From Planctomycetota bacterium (lineage in GTDB: Bacteria > Planctomycetota > UBA11346), in the NCBI GenBank assembly GCA_038231435.1, contig JBBRLJ010000037.1, positions 1-52,888 of the forward strand: a stretch of 52,888 bases of DNA, written 5' to 3'. The position numbers and the translations under genes are program-made. The notes beneath the pieces were generated by a model. That model was not told the origin of the DNA, searched no databases, and saw only the letters and a program-made list of their open reading frames with translations. Below are positions 1-10,364 of this stretch, piece after piece (within the stretch, counting starts at the first letter, position 1; every line of letters begins with the position of its first letter).

Positions 1-471
1 AGCGTGGACTTCTGGTTTGGAGTCGGTCGGGGAGGCCTCGGTGTCGTTGACAAGGGCCTCTGCGCTTTTCATCAGCAAGTCACCAAGCGCCATGAAGCCT
101 TCCCAGTCAGATGGCTTTTTCAGAAAACTTTCAGCCGAAACCAAGGTAGATGCGTTGATGGCGGCATACTCCTTTTCAGATGCGAACACATAGACCGCTG
201 TTTGGTTGTAGACCTCCGACCCGCGGAGAAAGGCGATCAACTGCAATCCCGAGACGATGGGCACGTGGGTATCGAGCAGGATGCAGTGCGGAGGCGGGAT
301 GTCCCGCACTTTCGCTTTGATCTCGAAATAATGCAGCGCCTTCGCGCCGTTCTCTATGACCACGAGTACTGCGTCGGGATGGCGTTCGGCAAGAGTTTCA
401 GTCAAAAGCAAAGCGTCACCGGCGCTGTCCTCGACGTAGATGATCGTTCTTTTCTGTTGTGGAGTGCTCAT
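1..471 (-). CDS. Response regulator receiver protein (Rcp1-like); 3' end runs off the window
   Basis: Absent from the ORF track because it has no stop in the window. Manual translation from ATG 471: MSTPQQKRTIIYVEDSAGDALLL...HCILLDTHVPIVSGLQLI...VYVFAS...FLKKP. Acidic pocket ED, phosphoacceptor D and KP motif are present. Confidence 0.85.
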   Translation of the reverse strand, partial: MSTPQQKRTIIYVEDSAGDALLLTETLAERHPDAVLVVIENGAKALHYFEIKAKVRDIPPPHCILLDTHVPIVSGLQLIAFLRGSEVYNQTAVYVFASEKEYAAINASTLVSAESFLKKPSDWEGFMALGDLLMKSAEALVNDTEASPTDSKPEVHA

Positions 472-774
472 GAGCGTGCTCTTCCAGCGAATGGGTTGAA
501 GGCATCTCAGTTGGTGTTCGATGGCAACGGAAGCAGACGTAGACCGCCGGTGGCGTGCACTTCTGGCTTGGCCTCAGTTGGCGTTGCGGTGGTTTCGCTC
601 GCTTTGGCTTCGACACATGCCAACACGAGATCAATCTGATCCAAGAATCCTTTCATCAACTAGCATACGAACCTCGTGGACAACCAGTGGTCCTGTAGGC
701 GCGAACCCTCTACGATGCCATCGAGGGACATGGTCAATGCACAGCAAACCCAGAAAAACGATCCGCGCCTCACA

Positions 775-921
775 CTGGAAGCGATGCCGGATTTCGAAGG
801 GTCGGTCTGGTGGTACACGAACGCTTGCCTGAGGGAGCTCGAGACGCAGGGCCGGATCGTCCGCGATCCCGGTCCCCCGGTGTCGTATGCCACAGGGCGA
901 AAGCGCTCGCGCACGACATGA
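775..921 (+). pseudogene. Probable C-terminal remnant of a small winged-helix protein (DUF6958-like)
   Basis: The segment FEGSVWWYTNACLRELETQGRIVRDPG resembles, from memory, the F(D/E)GSxxWY...LExxGxIxR C-terminus of that family. The upstream part of ORF 676..921 looks unrelated and lower in GC. Confidence 0.4.
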
Positions 922-1066
922 CGGACTGCAGCAGGGACTGATCAGACGATCCGACACATGCGAAGCGGATAGCCACATGGTTCCCACGCCGCGGCCGGGT
1001 AGGGTGACGACGATGGTCGCTGATTCGCGCACATCATACCACATCCAACGAGCAGGAGCTCATGCC

Positions 1067-2065
1067 ATGCCCACCTCGCTCCGTTCCTCGCGCCGCGTCA
1101 GGAATTTGGCGATAGCAGTGCGCTGGCTCGCCGCGGCCATGCCGCCTGCGTGCGCATGGTTGATCGCTGGAGCGCTGGCCTGCGCCGCCGAGCCCGCCCC
1201 GGTATTGGCCGCCGCCGAGTCGAACTCCACGGCGCCGATCACCGCCGGACAGCGGATCTTCTCATGCGGGCACAGCTTCCACGCTTACTGGATCGATCCG
1301 ATCCTGGACGAGATGGCCCAGGCCGCCGGCATCAGCGGTCATCAGACCGTCGGCACGTCGAAGATCGGCGGATCGCAGGTCATCCAGCACTGGGATGTGC
1401 CCGACGAGCGCAACGAAGCCAAGAAGGCGCTGCGCGCTGGACTGGTCGACGTGCTCACGCTGTCGCCGATGCATGTGGCCGACGAGGGCATCGACCGCTT
1501 CGCCGAGTTGGCGCGGCAGGGTAATCCACGCGTACGCGTCACGATCCAGGAGTTCTGGATGCCGTTCGACAAGAACGAGTGGCCGATGCACAGCGCTCCA
1601 GTGGACAAGGACGCCATGACCGAGGCCGATCTGAAGGCCCTGCACGATCCGTACTTTGCCGCCATGGACGCTTACGTCCGCGGAATCAACGCCAAGGCCG
1701 GTCGGCAGGAGCTGTTCGTGGTGCCGGTCGGGCAGGCAGTGATCGCGCTGCGCGCGCGCATCATCGCCGGCTCGGCGCCGGGCATAGCCAAGCAGTCGGA
1801 CCTGTTTTCCGACCCCACTGGGCATCCCATGCCGCCGCTGCAGGCGCTCGCCGCCTACTGCCACTTCGCGGTGATCTATCGTCGCAGCCCGGTGGGGCTG
1901 CCGATGCCGTCGGTGCTCAGCGGACCGGCACGGAACTTCGCGGGAAACTACATCGAGGTTCCGGGCAAAGCCGGTTGGGACGAGCGGCTCAATCAGCTGC
2001 TGCAGGAGTTGGCATGGGCGGCCGTCACCAGCCATCCGCTCAGCGGGGTGCCAGCGACGAAGTGA
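1067..2065 (+). CDS. Secreted SGNH-hydrolase-like hypothetical protein
   Basis: AGGAG at 1054-1058 precedes ATG 1067. Signal-peptide-like N-terminus, GHSFH block-I-like motif and DPTGHP block-V-like motif. Confidence 0.65.
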   Translation: MPTSLRSSRRVRNLAIAVRWLAAAMPPACAWLIAGALACAAEPAPVLAAAESNSTAPITAGQRIFSCGHSFHAYWIDPILDEMAQAAGISGHQTVGTSKIGGSQVIQHWDVPDERNEAKKALRAGLVDVLTLSPMHVADEGIDRFAELARQGNPRVRVTIQEFWMPFDKNEWPMHSAPVDKDAMTEADLKALHDPYFAAMDAYVRGINAKAGRQELFVVPVGQAVIALRARIIAGSAPGIAKQSDLFSDPTGHPMPPLQALAAYCHFAVIYRRSPVGLPMPSVLSGPARNFAGNYIEVPGKAGWDERLNQLLQELAWAAVTSHPLSGVPATK

Positions 2066-2240
2066 TCCCGAGCAGGCTCGTCCAGGCGCGGTGCGCGCCG
2101 ACCGGACACCATCGAAGTCCGTCAGATCAGCGCCCGTCTTGTGGTTCGTAGCCCCGGCCGTCCCAGGGTTTCCGCGCCATCCAGCTGCGTCTCGGGCAGC
2201 GGCATCTGGCGCAGCCCCCGCGCATCACACGATGGTTGCG

Positions 2241-3839
2241 ATGACGCCGCTCGTCTCGCCAGCCGTGCCGGTCTCGCGCCCCGCCCGCCTCGCCGCGCTG
2301 TTGGCTCGGATCACGCGTTCGCCGCTCGCGATCATCGCGTGCGTCTATTCCCTCGCCCATGGGGTGATGCTGCTGGACGATGGCCGCTTCTGGGACGACT
2401 GGTGCATCATCGGCGTCGACCGGGCGGAGATGGCGGCGAATCTCGGCGACATGGGGGTCCCGCTGCTGGCGCAGCTGCATCTGGCGATGACCTGGCTGCC
2501 CCATCCGGAGATCGCCTATCGCGTCCTGGCCTTCCTCTGCTTCCTCTCCGCCTCGCTGTCATTGTATGCGGTGCTACGCACCATCACTGGCATCGATGCG
2601 CGCACGCGGCTGTTCATCTGCCTGATCTTCAGCGTGCTGCCGGTCAACGCGGCGCGCATCGCCGCCTGCTGTGCCCATTATGCGGTCTGCTACGCCTTGT
2701 TCTTCGCCGGCGTGTGGCTGCTCTCGCGTCATGTGCGTGCGCGGGGAAAGGGATATCGCGTGGCCGCGCTGGTCTTGTTGGCGCTGTCGTTCAGCACCAC
2801 GTCGCTGCTGGCCTTTCAGCCATTGGTGCTCGCCTACGCGGCTTGGATGGGATCGCCGCGAGGGGTTGGCTTGCTGGCTCGCTTGCGGCGCAACGTCGAC
2901 CTGATCGTGCTGCCGATCGCCTACCTGGTGATCCGGTATGCGTTCTTCGCGCCGCAGGGCGAATTCGTCGACTACAACCGCGTCACGCGCGAGGGTCTGA
3001 TGAGCCTCGACGCATTGCGGTGGGCGTGGTCGGCGGTCACCGGTGATCTGCGCGCGGGTCCGGTGGCGCTGTGGGCGGGCATGGCCATCACGGCGATCGC
3101 CCTGTGGGCGGTCGCGCGCCTACGGCCCCGGGCAGCCGCGGCCATGCGCCAGGATCTCGCCTGGATGGCGCTCGGCTTCGTGATGCTGCTGCTGGCCGTC
3201 TACCCCTATGCCGTGGTCGACAAGCAGTTCACGGGGCGTGATTGGACGTCGCGCTTCCAACTGCTCATGCCTTTGGGCTCGGCGTTCATGCTGTGCTTCG
3301 CGGCCAAGCTGGTCGAGGATGCGATCGGTTGGAGCCGATGGATCCTGGTTGCGGGACTCGGAGCGACGACAGCGGCCATGCTCGCCTGCACCGTGAACGA
3401 CCTCCTCGAATACCAGTTCGACTGGCACAAGCAGTTGGCGACCATCGAGCGGATGCGCGGGAGCGATGAGCTCCGCGACCATGCCACCTTCGAATTCATC
3501 GATGCCGGCGAGTGGCTCAACGCCGGACACCGGGTCTACGGCTTCTATGAATACAGTGGCATGATGCACCAGGCCTTCGGGACCTCGACCCGCTACGGTT
3601 CCGCGGAGTTCCGCGTCGATTCGGGATTGCTCCCACGGGCGCATCCGGCGATCTGCCATCTCGAGGACTACGTTCCTGCCCGGAGCGAGTACCGGGTGAG
3701 GATCGAGCCCCGCACCGGTCGAGACGTCTGGGTCACCACCCTGCCGATGCTGTGGTGGCGGATCGCCGATCACGAACGGTATGCGGCGGCGGTCGCGTCG
3801 ATGGTGTCGCTGTCGTGCGAGAAGATATCGCGGCCCTGA
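2241..3839 (+). CDS. Polytopic membrane protein, probable GT-C-fold glycosyltransferase (GtrII-like)
   Basis: Many hydrophobic helices, an acidic WDDW motif just after the first helix, and a soluble C-terminal domain. Start uncertain (2232 or 2241). Confidence 0.55.
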   Translation: MTPLVSPAVPVSRPARLAALLARITRSPLAIIACVYSLAHGVMLLDDGRFWDDWCIIGVDRAEMAANLGDMGVPLLAQLHLAMTWLPHPEIAYRVLAFLCFLSASLSLYAVLRTITGIDARTRLFICLIFSVLPVNAARIAACCAHYAVCYALFFAGVWLLSRHVRARGKGYRVAALVLLALSFSTTSLLAFQPLVLAYAAWMGSPRGVGLLARLRRNVDLIVLPIAYLVIRYAFFAPQGEFVDYNRVTREGLMSLDALRWAWSAVTGDLRAGPVALWAGMAITAIALWAVARLRPRAAAAMRQDLAWMALGFVMLLLAVYPYAVVDKQFTGRDWTSRFQLLMPLGSAFMLCFAAKLVEDAIGWSRWILVAGLGATTAAMLACTVNDLLEYQFDWHKQLATIERMRGSDELRDHATFEFIDAGEWLNAGHRVYGFYEYSGMMHQAFGTSTRYGSAEFRVDSGLLPRAHPAICHLEDYVPARSEYRVRIEPRTGRDVWVTTLPMLWWRIADHERYAAAVASMVSLSCEKISRP

Positions 3840-3924
3840 GCGGATTCCCGCCCGGGCCTCGAGCCGAGATTCGAGATGAAATCCCCATGTCGCCGCCGCT
3901 GGCGCGACTATCCTGGTCACCACC

Positions 3925-4716
3925 ATGCGCATCGCCGTCCTCGGGGACATCCATCTCATCGCCGACCAGGATCCGTCCGCTGATCTCCGCCGGGTGCGCG
4001 CGCGTTTCCATGTCGGAACGGCAGCCATCAAGCGGACGGTGACGTGGCTGGATACGCTCGGTCTCGACGCGGTATTCAGCGTCGGCGACGTCATCGACTG
4101 GCACAGCGAGGAGAACGTGGCGCTCGCCACCGAGGTCATGTCCGGGCTGCGCTGCCCATGGCACATGACGCCCGGGAATCACGACCTGCAATTCCCCAAG
4201 GCGGGCATTCCCGCCGATGCCTACGATCTGCAGCACGTCGACGCGCATCGCGACGACGCGATCGCGCGCTGGCGGAGGCACGGCGTCGAGCTCGGCGAGC
4301 GTCGCATCACCATCGACGGTCACGACCTGCTGCTGGTCGACAGCGCCTCGAGCCGGATCGACGCGCGCGCCACGGCGTGGCTGCGCGGGCAAGAGTGCGA
4401 GCGACCGATCCTGCTCACGCATGTGCCGCTCGATCGGCCGGTGGTGCGGTCGTTCATCCACGCCCATGACCAGTATCGCAATCTCGAGGTCTACACCCAG
4501 TCCGGATCGCCAGGGTTCTTCGCCGAATGCGTCCTCGGGCGGATACCGGCCGTGTTCACCGGCCACCTGCATTTCCCTGGGACGCTCACCGATCACGGCA
4601 CCACCTTCCACCTGCTCGACGCCAGCTTCGCTCGCGGCGACATGCCGCCGGCGGTCAGCATCGTCGAGTCCGCTCGAGGAGGATTGCGCATCACGACGAC
4701 GAGCGCGCCGCTTTGA
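3925..4716 (+). CDS. Calcineurin-like metallophosphoesterase
   Basis: Full motif set: GDIH, GD, GNHD, THVP, GHLH. Confidence 0.9.
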   Translation: MRIAVLGDIHLIADQDPSADLRRVRARFHVGTAAIKRTVTWLDTLGLDAVFSVGDVIDWHSEENVALATEVMSGLRCPWHMTPGNHDLQFPKAGIPADAYDLQHVDAHRDDAIARWRRHGVELGERRITIDGHDLLLVDSASSRIDARATAWLRGQECERPILLTHVPLDRPVVRSFIHAHDQYRNLEVYTQSGSPGFFAECVLGRIPAVFTGHLHFPGTLTDHGTTFHLLDASFARGDMPPAVSIVESARGGLRITTTSAPL

Positions 4717-4820
4717 CCAGCGGCACCCTCCATCCCCGCGCCGGTCCTCGGCGCCTGCGAACCTCGCGATTTTTCACGATATGGGCGGATACTCTGCCAG
4801 AGGCCCGAGGACCGGACTCG

Positions 4821-6038
4821 TCACGGTTCGCTGTCGGCGGCTCGAGGCGGGGCGGGCATCCCCGCATGGGCCAGGGAGCGGTGCCGGCGCATCGCCAGGA
4901 CCAACGGCACCAGCAGCGCTGGCGCGATCGCGGACGTCGCCAGCCCCCAGCGCAGGTCCGAGTGGTCGGCCACCCAGCCCACCAGCCAGGGCATGACGAT
5001 GCCGCCGGCGTTGCCGAGCGCGGCCAATGCGCCGAACATGCTCGCCCCGCCATCCGGGTAGCGGTCGGCGGTGATCGCCAGCATCGTCGGCCACAGGAAG
5101 CTGCCGGTGAAGCCGACCGCGATCGCGCAGGTCAGCGCTGCCCATGGCTGCGGCAGGAACGAGGCGCAGATGAACAGCAGCGACGACGCGGCGCCACCCG
5201 CCGCGAGCGTGGCGAAGGGCTCGAGGCGGGAACCGTAGATGCCCAAGGCCATGCGTCCGAGCGCCATCGCCAGCGAGAACAGCAGCAAGGCCGTTCCCCC
5301 GGCCCAACCCGGAAAGCCCAGCGATGTCTGCGCATAGGCGGGCAGCCATTGCGCCATCCCCAGCTCGGTCGCGCCGCCCAGGAAGATCGCGATGAGCGCG
5401 CAGACGAACCAGCCACGGCGCAGCAGCGCGCCCATGGGGATGCGTTGGCCATCCGCGACCATGCTCGGCAGGCGTAGCGGCGCGAACGCCACGAGCAGGA
5501 ACAGCGGCAACGGGGTCAGCAGCAGGCACGATCCCTTCCAGCCGATACCGGCATGGATGGCGAGCGTACCCGCGAGCACCGTCACCACCGCGCCGACGCA
5601 GTAGAACGAATGCAGCCAGTTCATCGCCGCGGCGCGACGCTCCGGATGCAGGGCGGACACCACCGGGCTGAGCACCATGTCGAGCACGCCGGTGCCCAGG
5701 CCGAGCACGAACATCGCCGCGCCCAGCCACGCGTAGTCGGGCGCGAACGCCGCGCCGATCAAGCCGCAGGCGAGCAGCGCATTGCCGAGTTGCACGAACA
5801 GCTTCGCGCCCCAACGATCGGCGAACGGACCAGTGAGCAGGATGCCCAGGACCAGTCCTCCGAAGGCCGACGCTCCGAGTCGTCCGAGGCGCTCCTGCGA
5901 CAGGCCTTCCGCTCCGCCATAGGTCGCGCTGAGCACGGTGAGGTAGACCGGCAGCAGGTTGATGCCGATCGCGAGAGCCATCATCGAGCCGTACGAGAGC
6001 ACGGTGAGCAGGCGCGGGCGCAGCGGGACGTCTGGCAT
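4821..6038 (-). CDS. MFS transporter
   Basis: About 12 hydrophobic segments and motif A-like GPFADRWGAK. Start taken at ATG 6038. Confidence 0.9.
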   Translation of the reverse strand: MPDVPLRPRLLTVLSYGSMMALAIGINLLPVYLTVLSATYGGAEGLSQERLGRLGASAFGGLVLGILLTGPFADRWGAKLFVQLGNALLACGLIGAAFAPDYAWLGAAMFVLGLGTGVLDMVLSPVVSALHPERRAAAMNWLHSFYCVGAVVTVLAGTLAIHAGIGWKGSCLLLTPLPLFLLVAFAPLRLPSMVADGQRIPMGALLRRGWFVCALIAIFLGGATELGMAQWLPAYAQTSLGFPGWAGGTALLLFSLAMALGRMALGIYGSRLEPFATLAAGGAASSLLFICASFLPQPWAALTCAIAVGFTGSFLWPTMLAITADRYPDGGASMFGALAALGNAGGIVMPWLVGWVADHSDLRWGLATSAIAPALLVPLVLAMRRHRSLAHAGMPAPPRAADSEP

Positions 6039-6151
6039 GGCAAGAGGATGCGCGTGCAGTGGACGACGCAATTCAACGTACCTGCGACGAACGCGTCGCA
6101 GGAGCCGATTTACCACTTTGCGGAAGACGATCACCGGGTACACGCCAGTCC

Positions 6152-7750
6152 ATGCGTGCGCATGCCTTGGCCTCGATGCTGGTGCTCTCGATGTCGATGC
6201 CGGTGTTCGCGGCGGTGACCGCGCAGGCTCGCGACCTGCACTTCAGCGCCGACGGGGACGACGCCGCGGGCGACGGCAGCGAGGCGAGGCCATGGCGCAG
6301 CATCGACAAAGCCAACACGCTCAGGCTGGTTGCTGGTGATCGGGTCCTGTTCGCTGGTGGCCAGACCTTCAGCGGAAACCTATCGCTCGAGGGCGGCCCC
6401 GGCGGAACTCCGGAGTCACCGATCGAGGTCGGATCATATGGCCAAGGGCGGGCGACCATCGAATCGGGTGAGGGCCCGGGCATCAGCGTGAAGCGTCTCG
6501 GCGGTATCCGCATCGCCCGGCTGGTGGTGCGAGGAGCTGGGAGCAAGAAACGTGGCGATGCGATCTCGGTGATGAATGATCAGCCGGGAGCCGCGAGTCT
6601 TTCCTGGATCCGCATCATCGAGGTCGAGGCGGTGGATTCGCGCAACGGCATCCTGGTCGGTGGCTGGCGTGACGACGGCGCTTTGAGCGGATACCGCGAC
6701 GTGCGCATTGAGCGCTGTCTCGCCCATGGCAACCAATACGTAGGCATCACCACCATCGGCGCAGAGGATCCGCAGCGCAGGGAGTACGCCAATGCCGATG
6801 TCTCGATCGTCGAATGCGTCGCCCATGACAATCCCGGCGATCCGGATTACCGCGAGAACCACTCTGGAAACGGCATCCTGCTGGGATGCGTCTCCGGAGG
6901 CCTGATCGACCGCTGCGTCGCCTATGGCAACGGTGCCGAGTGCCATTGCGACAAGGGCGGACCCGTCGGCATCTGGGCCTACGCCAGCACGCGCGTGACC
7001 ATCCAGCACTCCGAGTCCTACGACAACCGCACCGGCTGTCCCTTCGACGGTGGCGGCTTCGATTTCGATGGCGGGGTGAGCGATTCCGTCATGCAGTACA
7101 ATTACAGCCACGGCAACGACGGCGCCGGATACTTGCTCTATGCGTATCCCGGTTCGCCCTACGTGTTCGCACGCAACGTCTGCAGGTTCAACCTCTCGCG
7201 GGATGACGGCCGGAAGAACGGCTACCCGGGGATCGAGGTCGCGGCGGATGGCGCCACGGTCAGCGACATCGATGTCTACAACAACACGGTGGTGATGTCC
7301 CCGAGCGCGCGCGACGCGCCGTCAGCCCTGATCGTGCGCAACACCGCGCGCGTGCGCTTCCTCGGCAACCTCCTGGCCTGCTCGGGAGTGGTGCCGTCGC
7401 TGCGCGTCAGCGGTCCCAATCCCGGGCTGACGTTTCTGGGAAACGACTATTGGGCTGACGGCCAACTGCCGAAGTTCGACTGGGACGGGGCTGTCAGCGA
7501 AGGTCTCGAGGCGTGGCGCGCGGCCAGCGGTCAGGAATCGGCGCATGGTGCGGATACCGGCCTGAGCATGGATCCACGGTTCGCCGCGCCCGCCGCGCCA
7601 GGAAGAGCAGGCCTGCGTCTCGCCGCGGATTCACCGCTTCGCGGACGCGCGCTTGAGGCAGCCGCGGGAATGGATGTCGGACCCACGGATGGATTCGGTG
7701 TCGAGATCCACGGTCGCGCCCGCGGGATCGGAGCCGATGCCGGTCCATGA
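6152..7750 (+). CDS. Secreted right-handed parallel beta-helix (pectin-lyase-like) protein
   Basis: Signal peptide; GDDAAGDGSEARPWRSI start motif; repeated GI/HxN turns; DGGGFDFDGG...QYNYSHGNDGAG. Confidence 0.85.
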   Translation: MRAHALASMLVLSMSMPVFAAVTAQARDLHFSADGDDAAGDGSEARPWRSIDKANTLRLVAGDRVLFAGGQTFSGNLSLEGGPGGTPESPIEVGSYGQGRATIESGEGPGISVKRLGGIRIARLVVRGAGSKKRGDAISVMNDQPGAASLSWIRIIEVEAVDSRNGILVGGWRDDGALSGYRDVRIERCLAHGNQYVGITTIGAEDPQRREYANADVSIVECVAHDNPGDPDYRENHSGNGILLGCVSGGLIDRCVAYGNGAECHCDKGGPVGIWAYASTRVTIQHSESYDNRTGCPFDGGGFDFDGGVSDSVMQYNYSHGNDGAGYLLYAYPGSPYVFARNVCRFNLSRDDGRKNGYPGIEVAADGATVSDIDVYNNTVVMSPSARDAPSALIVRNTARVRFLGNLLACSGVVPSLRVSGPNPGLTFLGNDYWADGQLPKFDWDGAVSEGLEAWRAASGQESAHGADTGLSMDPRFAAPAAPGRAGLRLAADSPLRGRALEAAAGMDVGPTDGFGVEIHGRARGIGADAGP

Positions 7751-7926
7751 TCCCTGACCGGGCCAACAGGCCTCTCGGCCCTCATCGTCGGCCACCGCGA
7801 CCGCCACCGGTGTCGGGCATCCGCCCACCATGCCACATTCCACGCCTCCCCGCCGGGGATCGCCGAGCTTCTACACCTCCCACCAAGCCCGTTGCCCGGG
7901 GCACCGCCAGCCGCTACGGTGCCTGG

Positions 7927-8928
7927 ATGCCCGTGACCGTCACCCAGATCGCCAAGGACAGCGGCGTTTCGCAAGCCACCGTCAGCCAGATCCTCAATGG
8001 CAAGGGCGCGGCGTTCCGGCCCGAGACCCGTGATCGGGTACTGGCGACCGCCACCCGGCTCGGCTACCGACCGAACACCTATGCGCGCGCCATGCGGCGC
8101 GGCAGCTTCGGCGCCATCGCGCTGCTGCTGCCCACCAACCAGGGTCGCGCGGCGCCGTTCATGAGCCTGTGGTGGTCGATCATCGCCGAGGCCCACCGCC
8201 ACGATCTGCGCCTGACCCTCGCGACGATGCCAGACGAGGAGCTCACCAGCGAAGGTCACGTCCCGAAGATCCTCAGCGAACTGTCGGCCGACGGCATGCT
8301 CATCGCATACACCCACGACATGCCCGAGCGCATGAGCACCCTGATCGATAGGTTCCACATCCCCTCGGTGTGGATGAACAACCGCCTGTCGCACGACTGC
8401 GTCTACCCTGATGACGAGAACGGCGCGCGCGGAGCGGTCCAATACCTGGTCGGCATGGGGCACCGGCGCATCGCCTTCTTCCAGAACAGCGGCGAGACGC
8501 ACTATAGCCTCGTCGCCCGCGCGAAGGGCTATACCGCCGCGATGTCCGCCGCGGGCCTGCCGCCCCGTCCGCTGATCGGGGATTGGTCCGGCGACGAAGC
8601 GCGGGAGCGGATGGTCCGCATGCTCACCGCGAAGGATCGCCCGACCGCCGTGATCACCCATGGCCCGTCCGAGGGCATGATCGTCACGGTCGCGGCCGCC
8701 AAGGCGGGGTTGAGGATCCCCGAGGATCTGTCGCTGATCGTCCACGCCCCGAACCCGATCCAAGACCCCACCTTCCGCGCCACGCGGGTGGCGATCCCCT
8801 TCGAGCGCGTCGGCGAGGAGGCCGTGCGCATGCTGATCGCGAAGATCGCGGCGCCAAAGCGCAAGCGACCTCCGCTCGCTCTGCCCATGCCGGTCGAGGA
8901 CGGCGGGACGTGCACTCCGCCGAAGTGA
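7927..8928 (+). CDS. LacI family transcriptional regulator
   Basis: VTVTQIAKDSGVSQATVSQILN HTH, LGYRPN hinge, GHRRIAF, IPEDLSL. Confidence 0.93.
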   Translation: MPVTVTQIAKDSGVSQATVSQILNGKGAAFRPETRDRVLATATRLGYRPNTYARAMRRGSFGAIALLLPTNQGRAAPFMSLWWSIIAEAHRHDLRLTLATMPDEELTSEGHVPKILSELSADGMLIAYTHDMPERMSTLIDRFHIPSVWMNNRLSHDCVYPDDENGARGAVQYLVGMGHRRIAFFQNSGETHYSLVARAKGYTAAMSAAGLPPRPLIGDWSGDEARERMVRMLTAKDRPTAVITHGPSEGMIVTVAAAKAGLRIPEDLSLIVHAPNPIQDPTFRATRVAIPFERVGEEAVRMLIAKIAAPKRKRPPLALPMPVEDGGTCTPPK

Positions 8929-9036
8929 TGCGAGCTGTGGAATTCGCGTCGACCGAGGCATTCGAGACCTGTTCACCGTGGGTACGCCACGCGGCTCCTG
9001 GATGCCCAGTCCGAGAGCGCCCCGACGAGCCCGGTG

Positions 9037-10119
9037 TCAACCGGGTGAGCCGATCGAGCCGCCTTCGACGAACGCGACCGGCAGCGCCCGCGAGGGCATC
9101 GGTGCGCTCGGCGCGGCCATGCGCTCGATCAGCATCCGCACGCCGACCGAGCCCATCTCCTGCTCAGGTACGATCAGGGTCGCGATCGGCACCTCGAAAT
9201 CCTGCTCATGGGTGTGATGGAAGGTCACCACCGAGAGATCACGTGGAATCTTCAGTCCGCAGGTCTGCGCGGCGAACAGGAGCGGGCGTGTGCTGAAGCT
9301 GCCATACACGATTACCGCGGTGGGCCGATCCACGGCGGACATCCAGGACGTCATCCAGGCGATGCGCTCGCGGCCGCTCGCCGGGAGATAGCCTTCGCCG
9401 CGCACCTCGCAGTTGAGCAGCCGCGGGGAGAGCCCCGCGGCGGTCATCGCCTGCGCGTAGCCGGCGTAGCGGTCGTGGGTGCTGAAGTGCAGGTTGGGCT
9501 GGTCGAATCCGCCGGGTATCCAGTCGACATAGGCGATGCGGCGATGGCCGAGTTCGAGCAAGCGCACGGTCGCCGAGCGTGAGGCCTCGATCTCGTCGGG
9601 ATAGACGCAGTCGGTTGGACGCTTGGTATTGATCCAGATCGCCGGGATGCGGTGCGAACTCAGCTGTTCGGCCAGCTCCGGCGGATGCCAATAGGTGTAG
9701 TTGATCAGCAGGCCGTCGGCGTTCACCTGACGCAGGATGCTGGGTATGTGGCCGGGAGTGCGCATGCGATCGTCGTCGAGCCGGGCAACGATCAGATAGA
9801 GCTGTTCGCGTTCGAGAGCGTCCTCGATGCCCCATACCAGTCCCTGCGGCAGCACGCTGGTCTGTTGGCGCGCGCCCAAGAGTAGCGCGACGCAGCCGAA
9901 CTTGCCGGTCGAGATCGCCCGCGCGGCGGCATTCGGCCGGTAGCCGAGCTGGGCAGCGATGGCGAGCACGCGCTCGCGCACCTCGTCGCCGACGCGTCCG
10001 CGCCCCGACAGCACATGCGACACCGTGACCTGGCTGACCTTGGCGCGGCGGGCGATGTCGATCTGGGTCGGCGTGCGCCCATCGTCGTGCGATCGCCTGG
10101 ACGAACGCTTGGCCGGCAT
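9037..10119 (-). CDS. LacI family transcriptional regulator
   Basis: TQIDIARRAKVSQVTVSHVL HTH, LGYRPN, GHRRIAY, IPRDLSV. Confidence 0.93.
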   Translation of the reverse strand: MPAKRSSRRSHDDGRTPTQIDIARRAKVSQVTVSHVLSGRGRVGDEVRERVLAIAAQLGYRPNAAARAISTGKFGCVALLLGARQQTSVLPQGLVWGIEDALEREQLYLIVARLDDDRMRTPGHIPSILRQVNADGLLINYTYWHPPELAEQLSSHRIPAIWINTKRPTDCVYPDEIEASRSATVRLLELGHRRIAYVDWIPGGFDQPNLHFSTHDRYAGYAQAMTAAGLSPRLLNCEVRGEGYLPASGRERIAWMTSWMSAVDRPTAVIVYGSFSTRPLLFAAQTCGLKIPRDLSVVTFHHTHEQDFEVPIATLIVPEQEMGSVGVRMLIERMAAPSAPMPSRALPVAFVEGGSIGSPG

Positions 10120-10364
10120 CGTGGGCGATGCTCACCGGCGGCTCGGCTTTGCATCGGGAAAACATGCCGTCCGTTCCGCCAAGTCCGGCCCCCGTCCACA
10201 CTCAGCGCAGACACGTCGCGGCGGTAGATGAGGCGGCCGCCGTCGTTCTCCCGGGTGAATACAGACCAGGGCCGGTGATCCTGGGCAATTTACTTCGCGG
10301 TCGCCGTGGGATATCACGCCAGCCTCCTCAGTCGCCGTCATCCCCCTCAGACGCAGGTGCGCTC

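Noticed and set aside
4..639. 211-aa plus-strand ORF
   Set aside because: Antisense shadow of the minus-strand response regulator; its translation has no natural motifs.
10120..10364. LacI operator upstream of the glycoside hydrolase
   Set aside because: Only weak partial palindromes (e.g. GTGGGATATCAC); no convincing site.
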